Shown here in pieces: positions 11,245 through 21,063 of a stretch of 64,000 nucleotides of DNA. Position 1 is the first letter of the stretch; each line of letters begins with the position of its first letter. A program made the translations under genes and the position numbers. Location of the stretch: NCBI GenBank assembly GCA_026387175.1, contig JAPLME010000004.1:447-64446 (forward strand). Direction: 5' to 3'. Source of the stretch: Candidatus Omnitrophota bacterium (GTDB lineage Bacteria > Omnitrophota > Gorgyraeia > 2-01-FULL-45-10). Under the pieces are notes generated by a model, which worked only from the letters and a program-made list of their open reading frames with translations, had not been told where the DNA came from and ran no database searches.

Positions 11245-12344
11245 CAGTCTCCGGAGAGAAACCTAACAGGGGCAGGGAAAAGATAAAGCTTGAACAGGAT
11301 CTGAGCGCTGTCAGCAGGCCCGCCGGAAGGGACAAGGCGCTTATGGCGAGCGAGTCCGAAGAAGACGTTATACTCAATATATCTCTGCGCCCCTCTAAGC
11401 TTAAGGATTTTATCGGCCAGGGCACAGTGGTAGAAAATCTTAAGATATCTCTCGAGGCCGCGAAGAAGCGCGGCGAGCCCATGGAGCACACTCTCCTTTC
11501 GGGCCCTCCCGGGCTCGGCAAGACGTCGCTTGCCAATATCATGGCTCACGAGATGGGGACCCGTATCACTACGACAAGCGGTCCCGCCATAGGAAGGCCC
11601 GGAGATCTTGTGGGCATTCTCACCAATCTCGAAGCCGGGGATATACTGTTCATCGATGAGATACACCGTCTCTCAAGCACCGTAGAGGAATATATCTATC
11701 CGGCGATGGAGAATTTCGAAATAGACGTAATAATGGACAAGGGGCCGTATGCGAAGACTTACAAATTCAACCTGAAACCGTTTACACTGATCGGCGCGAC
11801 TACGCGCGCGGGGCTGTTAACGGCTCCTATGAGATCGCGTTTTGGAATATTATATCACCTGGAATTTTATGACGTCGAGGATCTTGTGAAGATAATAAGC
11901 CGTTCGGCGAAGATCCTGAACATCCCTATCGCGAAACCCGCGGCGGAGGAGCTCGCCAGGCGCGCGAGAGGCACTCCCAGGGTGGCCAATAGGCTGCTGC
12001 GTCGTGTGCGCGACTGGGTACAGGTGAAGAAGGACGGAAATATTACCGGGGACGCGGTAGAGGAAGCGCTCAAGGTGCACGGGATAGACGGGATGGGGCT
12101 TGACAGCGTTGACAGAAAGGTCATAAGCGTTATGCACGAATCGTTTGACGGCGGACCCGTGGGCATAGAGTCGATCGCCGCCACGATGAATGAAGAACCT
12201 GATACGATAGTCGATATAGTGGAGCCGTTCCTTCTGAAGATAGGATTTCTGAAGAGGACGCCGCGCGGAAGGGAGCTCACAAAACAGGCATACGCGCATA
12301 TGGGGTTTAAAAATAAATCCGGGCCCGACAAGGAATTGTTCTGA
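11241..12344 (+). CDS. ruvB: Holliday-junction DNA helicase RuvB
   Basis: AAA+ Walker A GPPGLGKTS, Walker B DEIHRL, sensor and arginine finger. Overlaps ruvA by 4 nt. Confidence 0.95.
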   Translation: MTVSGEKPNRGREKIKLEQDLSAVSRPAGRDKALMASESEEDVILNISLRPSKLKDFIGQGTVVENLKISLEAAKKRGEPMEHTLLSGPPGLGKTSLANIMAHEMGTRITTTSGPAIGRPGDLVGILTNLEAGDILFIDEIHRLSSTVEEYIYPAMENFEIDVIMDKGPYAKTYKFNLKPFTLIGATTRAGLLTAPMRSRFGILYHLEFYDVEDLVKIISRSAKILNIPIAKPAAEELARRARGTPRVANRLLRRVRDWVQVKKDGNITGDAVEEALKVHGIDGMGLDSVDRKVISVMHESFDGGPVGIESIAATMNEEPDTIVDIVEPFLLKIGFLKRTPRGRELTKQAYAHMGFKNKSGPDKELF

Positions 12345-12919
12345 TGGGCGCCGGGATGAACATATTACTGCATATTTGCTGCGCTCCATGTTCCATATAT
12401 CCGATCGCACAGCTTAAGGCAAAGTATCACCGGATCGCAGGATACTTTTACAATCCCAATGTCCATCCTTATTCGGAATACCTTAAAAGAAAAACTGAGG
12501 TCGATAAATATTCGAAAGAGGCCGGCCTGAATACCATTATCGGCGATTACGATCTCGAAAAATACTTCGAATATATAATTTATAACGAGGCATTTAAAAA
12601 GAGGTGTCCCGTCTGCTGGTGGATAAGGCTTGAGATGGCCGCTAAATTCGCGAAAGAGAACGGGTTCGAGGCCTTCACTACGACCCTTCTGGGCAGTCCT
12701 TATCAGGATCACGAGGTTATAAAGAGGATCGGTGATGAGGTGGCTGAAAAGGCCGGGCTCAAATTCTATTACGAAGATTTCAGGCCCGGCTTTAAAAAGT
12801 CGCTGGAAAACGCAAAGGCAAAAGGCATATATTGCCAGAACTATTGCGGCTGCATATTTTCTGAGAAGGAACGCTTAGAGAGGAAAGAAACGGCTAAAGG
12901 CAAGGGAAAGAAGAGATGA
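12344..12919 (+). CDS. queH: Epoxyqueuosine reductase QueH (DUF208)
   Basis: LLHICCAPCS, YNPNVHP, RCPVCW and CQNYCGCIFSE cysteine motifs are characteristic of QueH. Lysine-rich C-terminal tail KGKGKKR. Confidence 0.85.
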   Translation: MGAGMNILLHICCAPCSIYPIAQLKAKYHRIAGYFYNPNVHPYSEYLKRKTEVDKYSKEAGLNTIIGDYDLEKYFEYIIYNEAFKKRCPVCWWIRLEMAAKFAKENGFEAFTTTLLGSPYQDHEVIKRIGDEVAEKAGLKFYYEDFRPGFKKSLENAKAKGIYCQNYCGCIFSEKERLERKETAKGKGKKR

Positions 12920-14082
12920 GAAAGAGAGCGTTTTTTATTCTGGCATATCTATTTGCCATGTTCTGCGCAAGTTCCGCTGTGGCGCTTGATGCCGGGAGCG
13001 ATCCGATAGTCGTGAGAGTTTCGATAATGGATGATAAGGATTCAGTCTACCTGTCTGTGAAGGACGCGTATAAGATTTACGCCATAAATTCCGATAGAGT
13101 CTTAATGAGCGGCCCGCGGCTTGCTACAAATATCTCCGCGACAAAAGACGGGCTCATGGTCGGAGCCAAAGAACTGAAGATGGGCGGGATCAGCGTGAAG
13201 GCCGAGGGCAAGACGAGGATCTATGTCGGCGGCAGGCTATTCAGGGGAGACGTGGACATTATCAGAAAAGAGAATAATAAATTGATGCTGATAAATCACA
13301 TAGGCCTGGAAGATTATCTTTATGGAGTGTTGTACCATGAGGTATCGCACCGCTGGCCCATGGAGGCCTTGAAGTCGCAGGCCATAGCGGCGAGGACCTT
13401 CGCGTTGTATCAGGCCAGGCAGAACAAGATGCAGCCGTATGACCTTCGCAGCGATATATATTCACAGGTGTACGGAGGTTCGACATCGGAGAGATGGTCG
13501 ACAACGATGGCGGTGAATGTCACTAAAGGCAAAATTCTGGTCTACAATGGGGATATCCTGCCGGCCTATTATCATGCGACATGCGCCGGTTCCACCGAGG
13601 ACGCCGCCAATCTATGGAAAGTCGATATCCCGCCGCTAAAAGGGGTGATCTGTAATTTCTGTGTCCGGTCACCGCATTACAAGTGGACGAAGGAGGTCCC
13701 TCTGTGGTCGCTTGAGAACAAACTTCGCGAAAATAGTTATAAGATCGATAAGATTGCGTCGGTCAACATATTATCCAGGAATGAATCGGGAAGGGTGGAC
13801 AAGATGGAGATAAAGGATAGCGCCGGCGTTTCCATTCTGCTCACAGGAAAAGATTTCCGGCAGATAATGGGCCCCAATGAGTTAAGGAGCACCAAATTCG
13901 AGGCATCTATAAAATACGGCAGCCTTATGATCGAAGGCCGCGGATGGGGGCATGGAGTAGGGATGTGCCAGTGGGGAGCTTTTAGCATGGCTTCTCAGGG
14001 TAAAAAAGCGGAAGATATCCTGAAATTTTATTATCCCGGCGCCGAAATCGCTACTATAGACAGCGTAAAGAGCAAGCTATAG
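12916..14082 (+). CDS. SpoIID/LytB-domain protein (peptidoglycan remodelling)
   Basis: Signal peptide. LEDYLYGVLYHEVSHRWPMEALKSQAIAARTFAL SpoIID signature. Confidence 0.8.
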   Translation: MRKRAFFILAYLFAMFCASSAVALDAGSDPIVVRVSIMDDKDSVYLSVKDAYKIYAINSDRVLMSGPRLATNISATKDGLMVGAKELKMGGISVKAEGKTRIYVGGRLFRGDVDIIRKENNKLMLINHIGLEDYLYGVLYHEVSHRWPMEALKSQAIAARTFALYQARQNKMQPYDLRSDIYSQVYGGSTSERWSTTMAVNVTKGKILVYNGDILPAYYHATCAGSTEDAANLWKVDIPPLKGVICNFCVRSPHYKWTKEVPLWSLENKLRENSYKIDKIASVNILSRNESGRVDKMEIKDSAGVSILLTGKDFRQIMGPNELRSTKFEASIKYGSLMIEGRGWGHGVGMCQWGAFSMASQGKKAEDILKFYYPGAEIATIDSVKSKL

Positions 14083-14087
14083 AGATA

Positions 14088-14615
14088 ATGAAATCTCTTC
14101 CCGCCAGAAATTATTTTAAAACAGCGATAGCCCTTCTTGTTGTTATCCCAATCGCAGCATATCTGTATATAGCGGTTAAACAGAGCTTCAACAGGCGAAA
14201 TCCTATCGAGCTTTACGAGAGGAAATTGAAAGCCGCTCCCGAAAGCGTGAAGGCCAATAATGACATGGCCGTGGCTTATGAGAAGAAAGGCATGCACGAT
14301 AAAGCGATAAGCGTATATAACCGGATGTTGACTAAAGATTCGAACAATCCCGACCTGTATGTGAACCTCGCCGCCATTCAGATAAAAAAACGAAATCCCG
14401 AATCGGCTATAGCCTTGTGCGAAAAAGCCATAGAGCTGGAACCTGGCAATGCCACCGCTCATAACAATCTCGCCGTAGCTTATTACCTTCAAGGCGATTA
14501 CGAACTCGCTATAGAGCAATGCGATCTCGCCATCAAGTATGGCTACAAGGTAAAGTCCGAACTCCTCAATCTCCTTAAACCATACCGGGAGCAAGAAGAA
14601 ACGAATGAACATTGA
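14088..14615 (+). CDS. TPR-repeat protein with an N-terminal membrane anchor
   Basis: Several 34-aa TPR units (AVAY..KG..DKAI..Y...L repeated). Confidence 0.7.
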   Translation: MKSLPARNYFKTAIALLVVIPIAAYLYIAVKQSFNRRNPIELYERKLKAAPESVKANNDMAVAYEKKGMHDKAISVYNRMLTKDSNNPDLYVNLAAIQIKKRNPESAIALCEKAIELEPGNATAHNNLAVAYYLQGDYELAIEQCDLAIKYGYKVKSELLNLLKPYREQEETNEH

Positions 14616-16311
14616 TAAATTGAACGAGCTGCTCCTTACCGTGCAGAAGCCCGGCAGGTATGTCGGCGGAGAATGGAACGTTGCCAGGAAGGAGTGGACC
14701 GACGATAAGGTAAAGGTGCTGCTGGCGTTCCCCGACGCCTATGAAGTGGGGATGAGCTACCTCGGCATCAAGATACTTTACGGTATCCTGAATAACCGTT
14801 CCGACTGCCTGTGCGAACGTGTCTTCTCGCCATGGATCGATTTTGAGGAGGTCCTCAGAAAAAATCATATAAGCCTCTTCAGCCTGGAATCGCGCAAACC
14901 GATAAAAGAGTTCGATATAATAGGGATAAGCCTGGCCTATGAGTTGTGTTACACGAACGTATTGAATCTACTGGACCTGGGGGGCATCCCTCTGAGGAGC
15001 GCGGAGAGAACCGACTCGGACCCGCTGGTAATCGCCGGCGGACCATCCTGTTATAATCCTGAGCCGATGGCGGAGTTCATCGACGCTTTTTTAATAGGCG
15101 ACGGAGAAGACGCTATAAGCGAGATAGTGGATATATATAAAAAACTGCGCTTATCCGGAAACCGGTCCCGAAAAGATGTCTTGAGGGAGATGGCCAACAT
15201 AAAAGGTGTTTATGTTCCCTTCCTCTACAGAGTTGATTACAACGAAGACGGCACGATTGAAAGTTTTGAACCTTGCGAGAAGGGCATTCCGGAAAAAATT
15301 GAAAAAAGGATAGTCAGGGACCTGGACAAGGCCTTCTATCCCGTAGATCAGATAGTGCCGAATATCGGTATAATACACGACCGCGCCGCTATAGAGATCA
15401 TGAGGGGGTGTAAGCATGCCTGCAAGTTTTGCCAGGCCACGATTGCGTACAGACCGGTGCGGGAGCGTTCGCGAAATACTATTTTAGAACTTGCTAAAAA
15501 GACACACAGCTCGACCGGGTACGATGAAATATCCCTCTTATCGTTATCGAGCGTGGACCATTCCGAACTTCACGATACTATCAGGGATCTCAATAAAGAG
15601 TTTTGCCGTAATGCCGTGTCGCTTTCTATTCCGTCGCTTCGCATAGAGGATTCACTTAAGGATTTACCGGCGCTGATATCGGAAATAAAAAAAACCGGGC
15701 TCACATTCGCGCCGGAGGCAGGAAGCGACAGCCTTAGAAAATCACTTAACAAGAATATAAAGATAGAGAGGCTGTTCGAGGCCGCGTCAGAGTCGTTTAG
15801 AAAAGGCTGGCGCAAAGTCAAGCTGTACTTCATGATAGGGCTTCCGGGCGAGACCGAAGAAGATCTGGCCGGTATAACCGATCTGATGCGCAAGATCTCA
15901 AATCTTAAGAAAGAGATCGACGGCCATCCGGCCCAGATAACGGCGAGCATTAATGCGTTCGTGCCGAAACCTCATACGTTCTTTGAGCGTTCGGCAATGG
16001 CGGATGTTGAGTCGCTGGAGAAGAAGAGAGAGATTCTGCGGAGCGGTTTTCGGTCTAAGCTGATCGACCTGGATTTCCATTCATTCAACAGAAGTTATCT
16101 TGAAGCGATACTGACCAGGGGAGACAGAAGGCTGGCGAATGTCATATATGAGTCCTGGCGCTCAGGCGCGAGATTTGACGGGTGGCAGGAACTTTTTAGA
16201 TTCGAGACCTGGTTATCATCGCTTAAAGAACTTGGAATAGACGGATCGTTTTATGCCTTGAGGGCCAGAAAAGAAAATGAGCTGCTGCCATGGGATTTTA
16301 TCGAAATTTGA
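14605..16311 (+). CDS. B12-binding-domain radical SAM protein of the TIGR03960 type
   Basis: N-terminus LLLTVQKPGRYVGGEWN and KVLLAFPDAYEVGMSYLGIKILYGILN match this uncharacterised radical SAM family. Radical SAM core with a CxxxCxxC-type cluster site CKHACKFC. Confidence 0.8.
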   Translation: MNIDKLNELLLTVQKPGRYVGGEWNVARKEWTDDKVKVLLAFPDAYEVGMSYLGIKILYGILNNRSDCLCERVFSPWIDFEEVLRKNHISLFSLESRKPIKEFDIIGISLAYELCYTNVLNLLDLGGIPLRSAERTDSDPLVIAGGPSCYNPEPMAEFIDAFLIGDGEDAISEIVDIYKKLRLSGNRSRKDVLREMANIKGVYVPFLYRVDYNEDGTIESFEPCEKGIPEKIEKRIVRDLDKAFYPVDQIVPNIGIIHDRAAIEIMRGCKHACKFCQATIAYRPVRERSRNTILELAKKTHSSTGYDEISLLSLSSVDHSELHDTIRDLNKEFCRNAVSLSIPSLRIEDSLKDLPALISEIKKTGLTFAPEAGSDSLRKSLNKNIKIERLFEAASESFRKGWRKVKLYFMIGLPGETEEDLAGITDLMRKISNLKKEIDGHPAQITASINAFVPKPHTFFERSAMADVESLEKKREILRSGFRSKLIDLDFHSFNRSYLEAILTRGDRRLANVIYESWRSGARFDGWQELFRFETWLSSLKELGIDGSFYALRARKENELLPWDFIEI

Positions 16312-16317
16312 CAAAAG

Positions 16318-16346
16318 GATATCCTTATAGTATACTTTGGTCAATA
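16318..16346 (+). promoter_or_regulatory. Consensus sigma70 promoter (-35 ttgaca, 17-nt spacer, -10 tatact) for the GGDEF-domain gene
   Basis: Perfect -35 and near-consensus -10. The same gtatact -10 recurs at other strong promoters in this window. Confidence 0.6.
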
Positions 16347-16391
16347 TAATATATAACGATATTATTGCCAATATACGGGAGGGAGATAACG

Positions 16392-17777
16392 ATGGCCACC
16401 CTTAAGGGGTTGTTTATAAGCAGCAAAGGCTTAAGGCACAAACTTATGGTTGCGTTCAGCCTGATGACCATCATACCTCTTCTGGCCTGTGTATACCTGC
16501 TTTCCCCATATCTGAATCCCGGATTTCAGAACCTTGTAAATCTCGCTGTAATAATCTTAGCGTCGCTGGTCATTTCGATCCTGGGCCTTATCATTGCCGG
16601 AAGCATCATAAACGCTGTCGTCGAACTTTCTGCTGAAACAAAAAAGATATCCGCCGGCGACTACGACAGGCGCATAGACATACCGGGTGACGACGAACTC
16701 GGTAATCTCGGCCAGTCGATTAATATGATGACCAGGAGGATAAAATCCAACCTGGATGAACTGAAGAACTACGGGCAGAGCATGAAAGCGATAAACGCGG
16801 AGATACAGAAGAAAGTGACCGCGCTTTCGAGCTTGTTGCAGATAGATGAAGTGATTTCGGCCGGTTCGCTGCAGATAGATTCGCTTTTGGAGCTTGGGGT
16901 GGGCAAAGCATCCGGTATGTTCGATATGGGTTTCGGCGCTCTGTATATGTCCAGGGAAGAGGACGGGGATTTTATCGCGAAAGTGTGCTATAACGCCGAT
17001 AAGGAGAAGCTTGCGGAGATCGTAATAAGAAGAGGCGGTCATGGCGTCCTGGAGAAAGCTATCGAAAATAAGAAGATGTTCCAGGTCACTGATGGTATGA
17101 AGCTTCCTGATGATCTGGATGATTTTAAGAGAGCGCATAATCTGAAGAATTTTATTGTGATCCCGTTGTATTCCGACAGGATAGCGTTCGGGCTTCTTTT
17201 GCTTGGTAATCGTCTGAGTGATTTCAGCTACACCAGCGATGATATTGAACTAGCTACGGTATTCGCCAAACATATCACGATCGCCATCGAAAGCGACCTG
17301 TTGGAAAAGAAGAACAAAGAGCTTGCCATAATGGACGACCTGACAGGGCTGTATAACAAGCGTTATCTGCTTATACGGCTCGAAGAAGAGATAAAGAGGT
17401 CCATATTTTATCAGAGACCCTGCGCGTTCATAGTCTTCAGGGTGGATAATTTCAGGGCATTCCGCGAAACAAACGGCGAGCTGGCTTCGGAAGAGGCTCT
17501 TAAACGTATAGCCAAGGTCATAAGGGACAATAATATTCCGGTTGGCAGGGCCGCGCGTATAGGGGGAAGTGAGTTTGCTATGCTCCTTCCTGAGAAGAAT
17601 AAAAAAGAGGCCACCCGCATCGCCGAAGATGTACGCAGGAAGATTGAAAACGTCAATGTGCTGAAAGCGGGTAAGGTCAGCCTTGAGGTGAAGATGGGCT
17701 TGAGCGAAAACCCGATAGACGGCGCGACGAGCGAAGAGCTATTTAAAAAAGCTGTGGCTTCATTGGAAAAAGAATGA
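16392..17777 (+). CDS. Membrane HAMP-GAF-GGDEF protein with a degenerate (GGSEF) diguanylate-cyclase motif
   Basis: TM helices, HAMP (DELGNLGQSINMMTRRIK), GAF-like middle region and a GGDEF fold where the signature reads RIGGSEFAMLL. There is no RxxD I-site. The start at 16392 has SD gggaggga; the ORF-track start 16365 is the upstream alternative. Confidence 0.8.
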   Translation: MATLKGLFISSKGLRHKLMVAFSLMTIIPLLACVYLLSPYLNPGFQNLVNLAVIILASLVISILGLIIAGSIINAVVELSAETKKISAGDYDRRIDIPGDDELGNLGQSINMMTRRIKSNLDELKNYGQSMKAINAEIQKKVTALSSLLQIDEVISAGSLQIDSLLELGVGKASGMFDMGFGALYMSREEDGDFIAKVCYNADKEKLAEIVIRRGGHGVLEKAIENKKMFQVTDGMKLPDDLDDFKRAHNLKNFIVIPLYSDRIAFGLLLLGNRLSDFSYTSDDIELATVFAKHITIAIESDLLEKKNKELAIMDDLTGLYNKRYLLIRLEEEIKRSIFYQRPCAFIVFRVDNFRAFRETNGELASEEALKRIAKVIRDNNIPVGRAARIGGSEFAMLLPEKNKKEATRIAEDVRRKIENVNVLKAGKVSLEVKMGLSENPIDGATSEELFKKAVASLEKE

Positions 17778-17789
17778 AAGGAATATTAA

Positions 17790-18854
17790 ATGCCTCATAA
17801 TATGAAAGACCTCTTAAGCCTGATGGTTCAGAAGAGCGCCTCAGATCTTCATATAACCTCCGGGTCTCCGGTCCATTTAAGGGTGGACGAGAACCTTATT
17901 CCCGTGGACCGGAATATTTTGTCCGATAATGATACGAAGGCCCTTGTCTTCAGTATGCTGACCGAAACGCAGATAGAAAAATTTGAGCGGGAGCTGGAGC
18001 TCGATGTGGCGTTCAGCATGGAAGATTTTGGCCGATTCAGGGTTAACGTTTTTAAGCAGAGGGGCTCAGTCGCCTCATCAATAAGGCTCATACCCGGTAA
18101 TTTATGGTCTTTCGAAAAGTGTGGCTTGCCGGCGGATGTGGCGATCGACCTTTGCAACAGGCCCAAAGGCCTTGTGCTGATCACGGGCTCGACGGGAAGC
18201 GGTAAGTCCACAAGCCTTGCCTCGATGATAGACTGGATAAACACTAACCGCTCATGCCATATTGTTACGATCGAGGACCCTGTGGAATTTGTTCATAAGA
18301 ATAAGAAGTCGATAGTCAATCAGCGCGAAGTATACAGCGATACGCACTCTTTCAACGCTTCGCTGAAACATATTTTAAGGCAGGACCCGGACGTTATCCT
18401 GATAGGAGAGATGAGGGACCTGGAGACGATCGAGTCGGCTTTAATAATCGCCGAAACGGGCCACCTGGTTTTCGCGACTCTGCATACGTCAGACTGCGTC
18501 CAGACCATTAACAGGATTGTAGATGTCTTCCCCTCTCATCAGCAGGAACAGACACGTACTCAGCTTTCGTTTGTTCTGGTCGGGGTCCTGTCCCAGCAGC
18601 TTATTCCTAAAGCGGAAGGGCCGGGACGTGTATTGGCTACCGAAATCCTTATGGTGACGCCTCCGGTGCGCAGCATGATAAGGGAATCGAAGGCGCACCA
18701 GCTGTATTCTGTGATACAGACGTCGAAGAAAGAGGGTATGAAGACGATGAACCAGTCTCTCTATGAGCTTTATAGCAAGAAGCTGATCACTTATGAAGAA
18801 GCTTTCGACCGATCCACGGATATCGAGGATCTAGGAAGGCTGTTTAAAAAATAG
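17790..18854 (+). CDS. pilT: Twitching-motility retraction ATPase PilT
   Basis: Walker A GSTGSGKST, Asp box, His box, ~350 aa with no N-terminal extension. Classic PilT. Confidence 0.92.
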   Translation: MPHNMKDLLSLMVQKSASDLHITSGSPVHLRVDENLIPVDRNILSDNDTKALVFSMLTETQIEKFERELELDVAFSMEDFGRFRVNVFKQRGSVASSIRLIPGNLWSFEKCGLPADVAIDLCNRPKGLVLITGSTGSGKSTSLASMIDWINTNRSCHIVTIEDPVEFVHKNKKSIVNQREVYSDTHSFNASLKHILRQDPDVILIGEMRDLETIESALIIAETGHLVFATLHTSDCVQTINRIVDVFPSHQQEQTRTQLSFVLVGVLSQQLIPKAEGPGRVLATEILMVTPPVRSMIRESKAHQLYSVIQTSKKEGMKTMNQSLYELYSKKLITYEEAFDRSTDIEDLGRLFKK

Positions 18855-18870
18855 AAATATAAGAAAGCCA

Positions 18871-19320
18871 ATGTCCAACGCTAAGAGAGTCGTATCTAAA
18901 CAATTGGGCGAGCTTTTGCTGGAGCGGGGCGTGATCAGCGAAGAACAGCTGAATAAAGCCCTGAAGGCCCAGGAGATTAACGGAGGCCTGATAGGTTATA
19001 TCCTTGTTTCGCTGGGTTACGCAAAAGAAGAGGAGATAGCTCAGGCGCTTACCGTGCAGTATGGTTTTCCGTATTTACCGCTTGAGTATTATGAGATAAA
19101 TACTGAGGCGATGAAGCTGATACCGCGGAACGTCGCCGAACAATACAATCTTATTGCGATAGATAAGATGGGCAACCTGTTGACTATAGCTATGTCGAAC
19201 CCCCTGAATGCTCAGGCGGTAGAGGATATTGAAATGATATCGAATTGCACGGTGCAGGTATTCGTGAGCACGATGTCCGACGTAACTAACGCGATAACCA
19301 AATACTACCAGAAAAAATAA
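18871..19320 (+). CDS. Stand-alone T2SS-E N-terminal (MshEN-like) domain protein, a putative c-di-GMP receptor
   Basis: KQLGELLLERGVISEEQLNKALKAQ fits the 24-residue MshEN motif RLGxxLxxxGxIxxxQLxxALxxQ. The rest is the GspII_E_N fold. There is no ATPase domain. Confidence 0.75.
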   Translation: MSNAKRVVSKQLGELLLERGVISEEQLNKALKAQEINGGLIGYILVSLGYAKEEEIAQALTVQYGFPYLPLEYYEINTEAMKLIPRNVAEQYNLIAIDKMGNLLTIAMSNPLNAQAVEDIEMISNCTVQVFVSTMSDVTNAITKYYQKK

Positions 19321-19328
19321 TCCTTTAA

Positions 19329-21062
19329 ATGACGCCCGGACTAAAAGAGAAACTTACAAAGATCCTGATAGATAAGAACCTCATAAAAGAGGATGACCTT
19401 CAGAAGGCCCTCGCGCTGCAGAAGGAAAAGGGCGGATCTTTAAGCGACGTGCTGATAGCCCTCAAGCTGATATCGAAGAATGACCTGATGATGGTAATCA
19501 GCGAGCATCTGGGTATCCCGCCCATAAATCTGAGCCGTTTTAAGATAGATCCCGCAGTTCTTAAACTTGTTTCCAGAAAAACCGCAAAGCATTATAAGAT
19601 AATGCCGATCGCTAAGATGGGTAATGTGCTGACGCTTGCTATAGCGGACCCTCTTAATATATTTGCCATCGATGATATAAAAGCCCTTACAGGGTTTAAG
19701 ATAGCCCCTATAGTTACTACCGAAAACGATATAAATTACGCTATAGGCCACTATTATGAGGAAGATACCTATGCCGCTATAGACAAGATAGTCACCGGTA
19801 TAAAAGGCGCTGATGGGGACGTGAAATTCATGGATGGCGCCGGCTCAGACGTCGGTGTGGAAGACATGACGGAGATCGCGCAGGAAGTTCCTGTAGTGAA
19901 GATAACGAATATGCTTGTCGCCGAGGGTCTAAAGATGCGCGCCAGCGATATACTTATCGAGCCGATGGAAAGAGAGCTGCGTGTCAGGTACAGGGTCGAC
20001 GGCATTTTGCAGGAGGGGCGAAGGCCCCCGAAGGTATTGCATAGCTCTATCGTGTCCAGGCTAAAGATTATATCGGATCTTGATATCGCGGAGCACCGCT
20101 TGCCCCAAGACGGCAGGTTTAAGATTAAGGTGTCCGGAAGGGAGGTCGACTTCAGGATATCGATCCTGCCATCGCGTATGGGAGAGAAGGTCGCGATCAG
20201 GATACTGGATAAGGCTCAGGCTACACTTGATATAAATAAACTTGGGATCGACCCGATATCCCTCGACAAGATAAAGAAATCAGCCGAGAGGCCGCATGGC
20301 ATGATACTCGTCTGTGGTCCGACGGGATGCGGAAAAACCACAACCCTCTATTCGATACTGCAGCTTATAAATTATCCGACGGACAACATAGTGACTGTCG
20401 AGGACCCGGTAGAGTATCTCATAGAAGGCATAAGCCAGGTGACCGCGCGGCCTGAAATAGGCCTCACCTTCGCCGCCGCGCTTCGTTCGATATTGAGACA
20501 GGACCCCGACTCAATAATGATAGGCGAAATACGTGATTTCGAAACCGTAGACATAGCTATAAAAGCGGCCCTTACGGGGCACCTCGTCTTAAGCACGCTG
20601 CATACGACGACGGCAACGGGCTCAATCATAAGGCTTGTCAATATGGGCCTTGAACCGTTCCTGATAGCGTCATCCCTGATAATGGTGGCCGCGCAGCGGC
20701 TTGTCCGAAAGATATGCCCCGGCTGCAAAGAGTCTTACGATCTCGATAAGGATATTGCCAGAAAAATCAACCTGGCGCCGGCATCCGGTAAAATTACTCT
20801 GTATCGGGGCAAGGGATGCCCTGACTGTCTGGGGACGGGATACAAGGGCCGGACCGCGTTGATAGAGGTCCTTATGCTTACTCCGAAGATAAAAGAGCTG
20901 GTCCTGGCAGGCGAGCAGGAGCATATTATAAGGGAAGCGGCAAGGCGCGAGGGCATGAAGACGCTTCGCGAAAATGGAATACAGAACGTGCTCGACGGTA
21001 TAACTACCCTCGACGAGGTAGTGCGCGTTACTGTCGGCGATCAGGACATGGATACGGTATAA
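19329..21062 (+). CDS. pilB: Type IV pilus assembly ATPase PilB (copy 1) with an N-terminal MshEN-like domain
   Basis: N-terminal LTKILIDKNLIKEDDLQKALALQ motif, Walker A GPTGCGKTTT, tetracysteine CPGC...CPDC zinc motif, GspE-family boxes. Confidence 0.9.
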   Translation: MTPGLKEKLTKILIDKNLIKEDDLQKALALQKEKGGSLSDVLIALKLISKNDLMMVISEHLGIPPINLSRFKIDPAVLKLVSRKTAKHYKIMPIAKMGNVLTLAIADPLNIFAIDDIKALTGFKIAPIVTTENDINYAIGHYYEEDTYAAIDKIVTGIKGADGDVKFMDGAGSDVGVEDMTEIAQEVPVVKITNMLVAEGLKMRASDILIEPMERELRVRYRVDGILQEGRRPPKVLHSSIVSRLKIISDLDIAEHRLPQDGRFKIKVSGREVDFRISILPSRMGEKVAIRILDKAQATLDINKLGIDPISLDKIKKSAERPHGMILVCGPTGCGKTTTLYSILQLINYPTDNIVTVEDPVEYLIEGISQVTARPEIGLTFAAALRSILRQDPDSIMIGEIRDFETVDIAIKAALTGHLVLSTLHTTTATGSIIRLVNMGLEPFLIASSLIMVAAQRLVRKICPGCKESYDLDKDIARKINLAPASGKITLYRGKGCPDCLGTGYKGRTALIEVLMLTPKIKELVLAGEQEHIIREAARREGMKTLRENGIQNVLDGITTLDEVVRVTVGDQDMDTV

Positions 21063-21063
21063 A

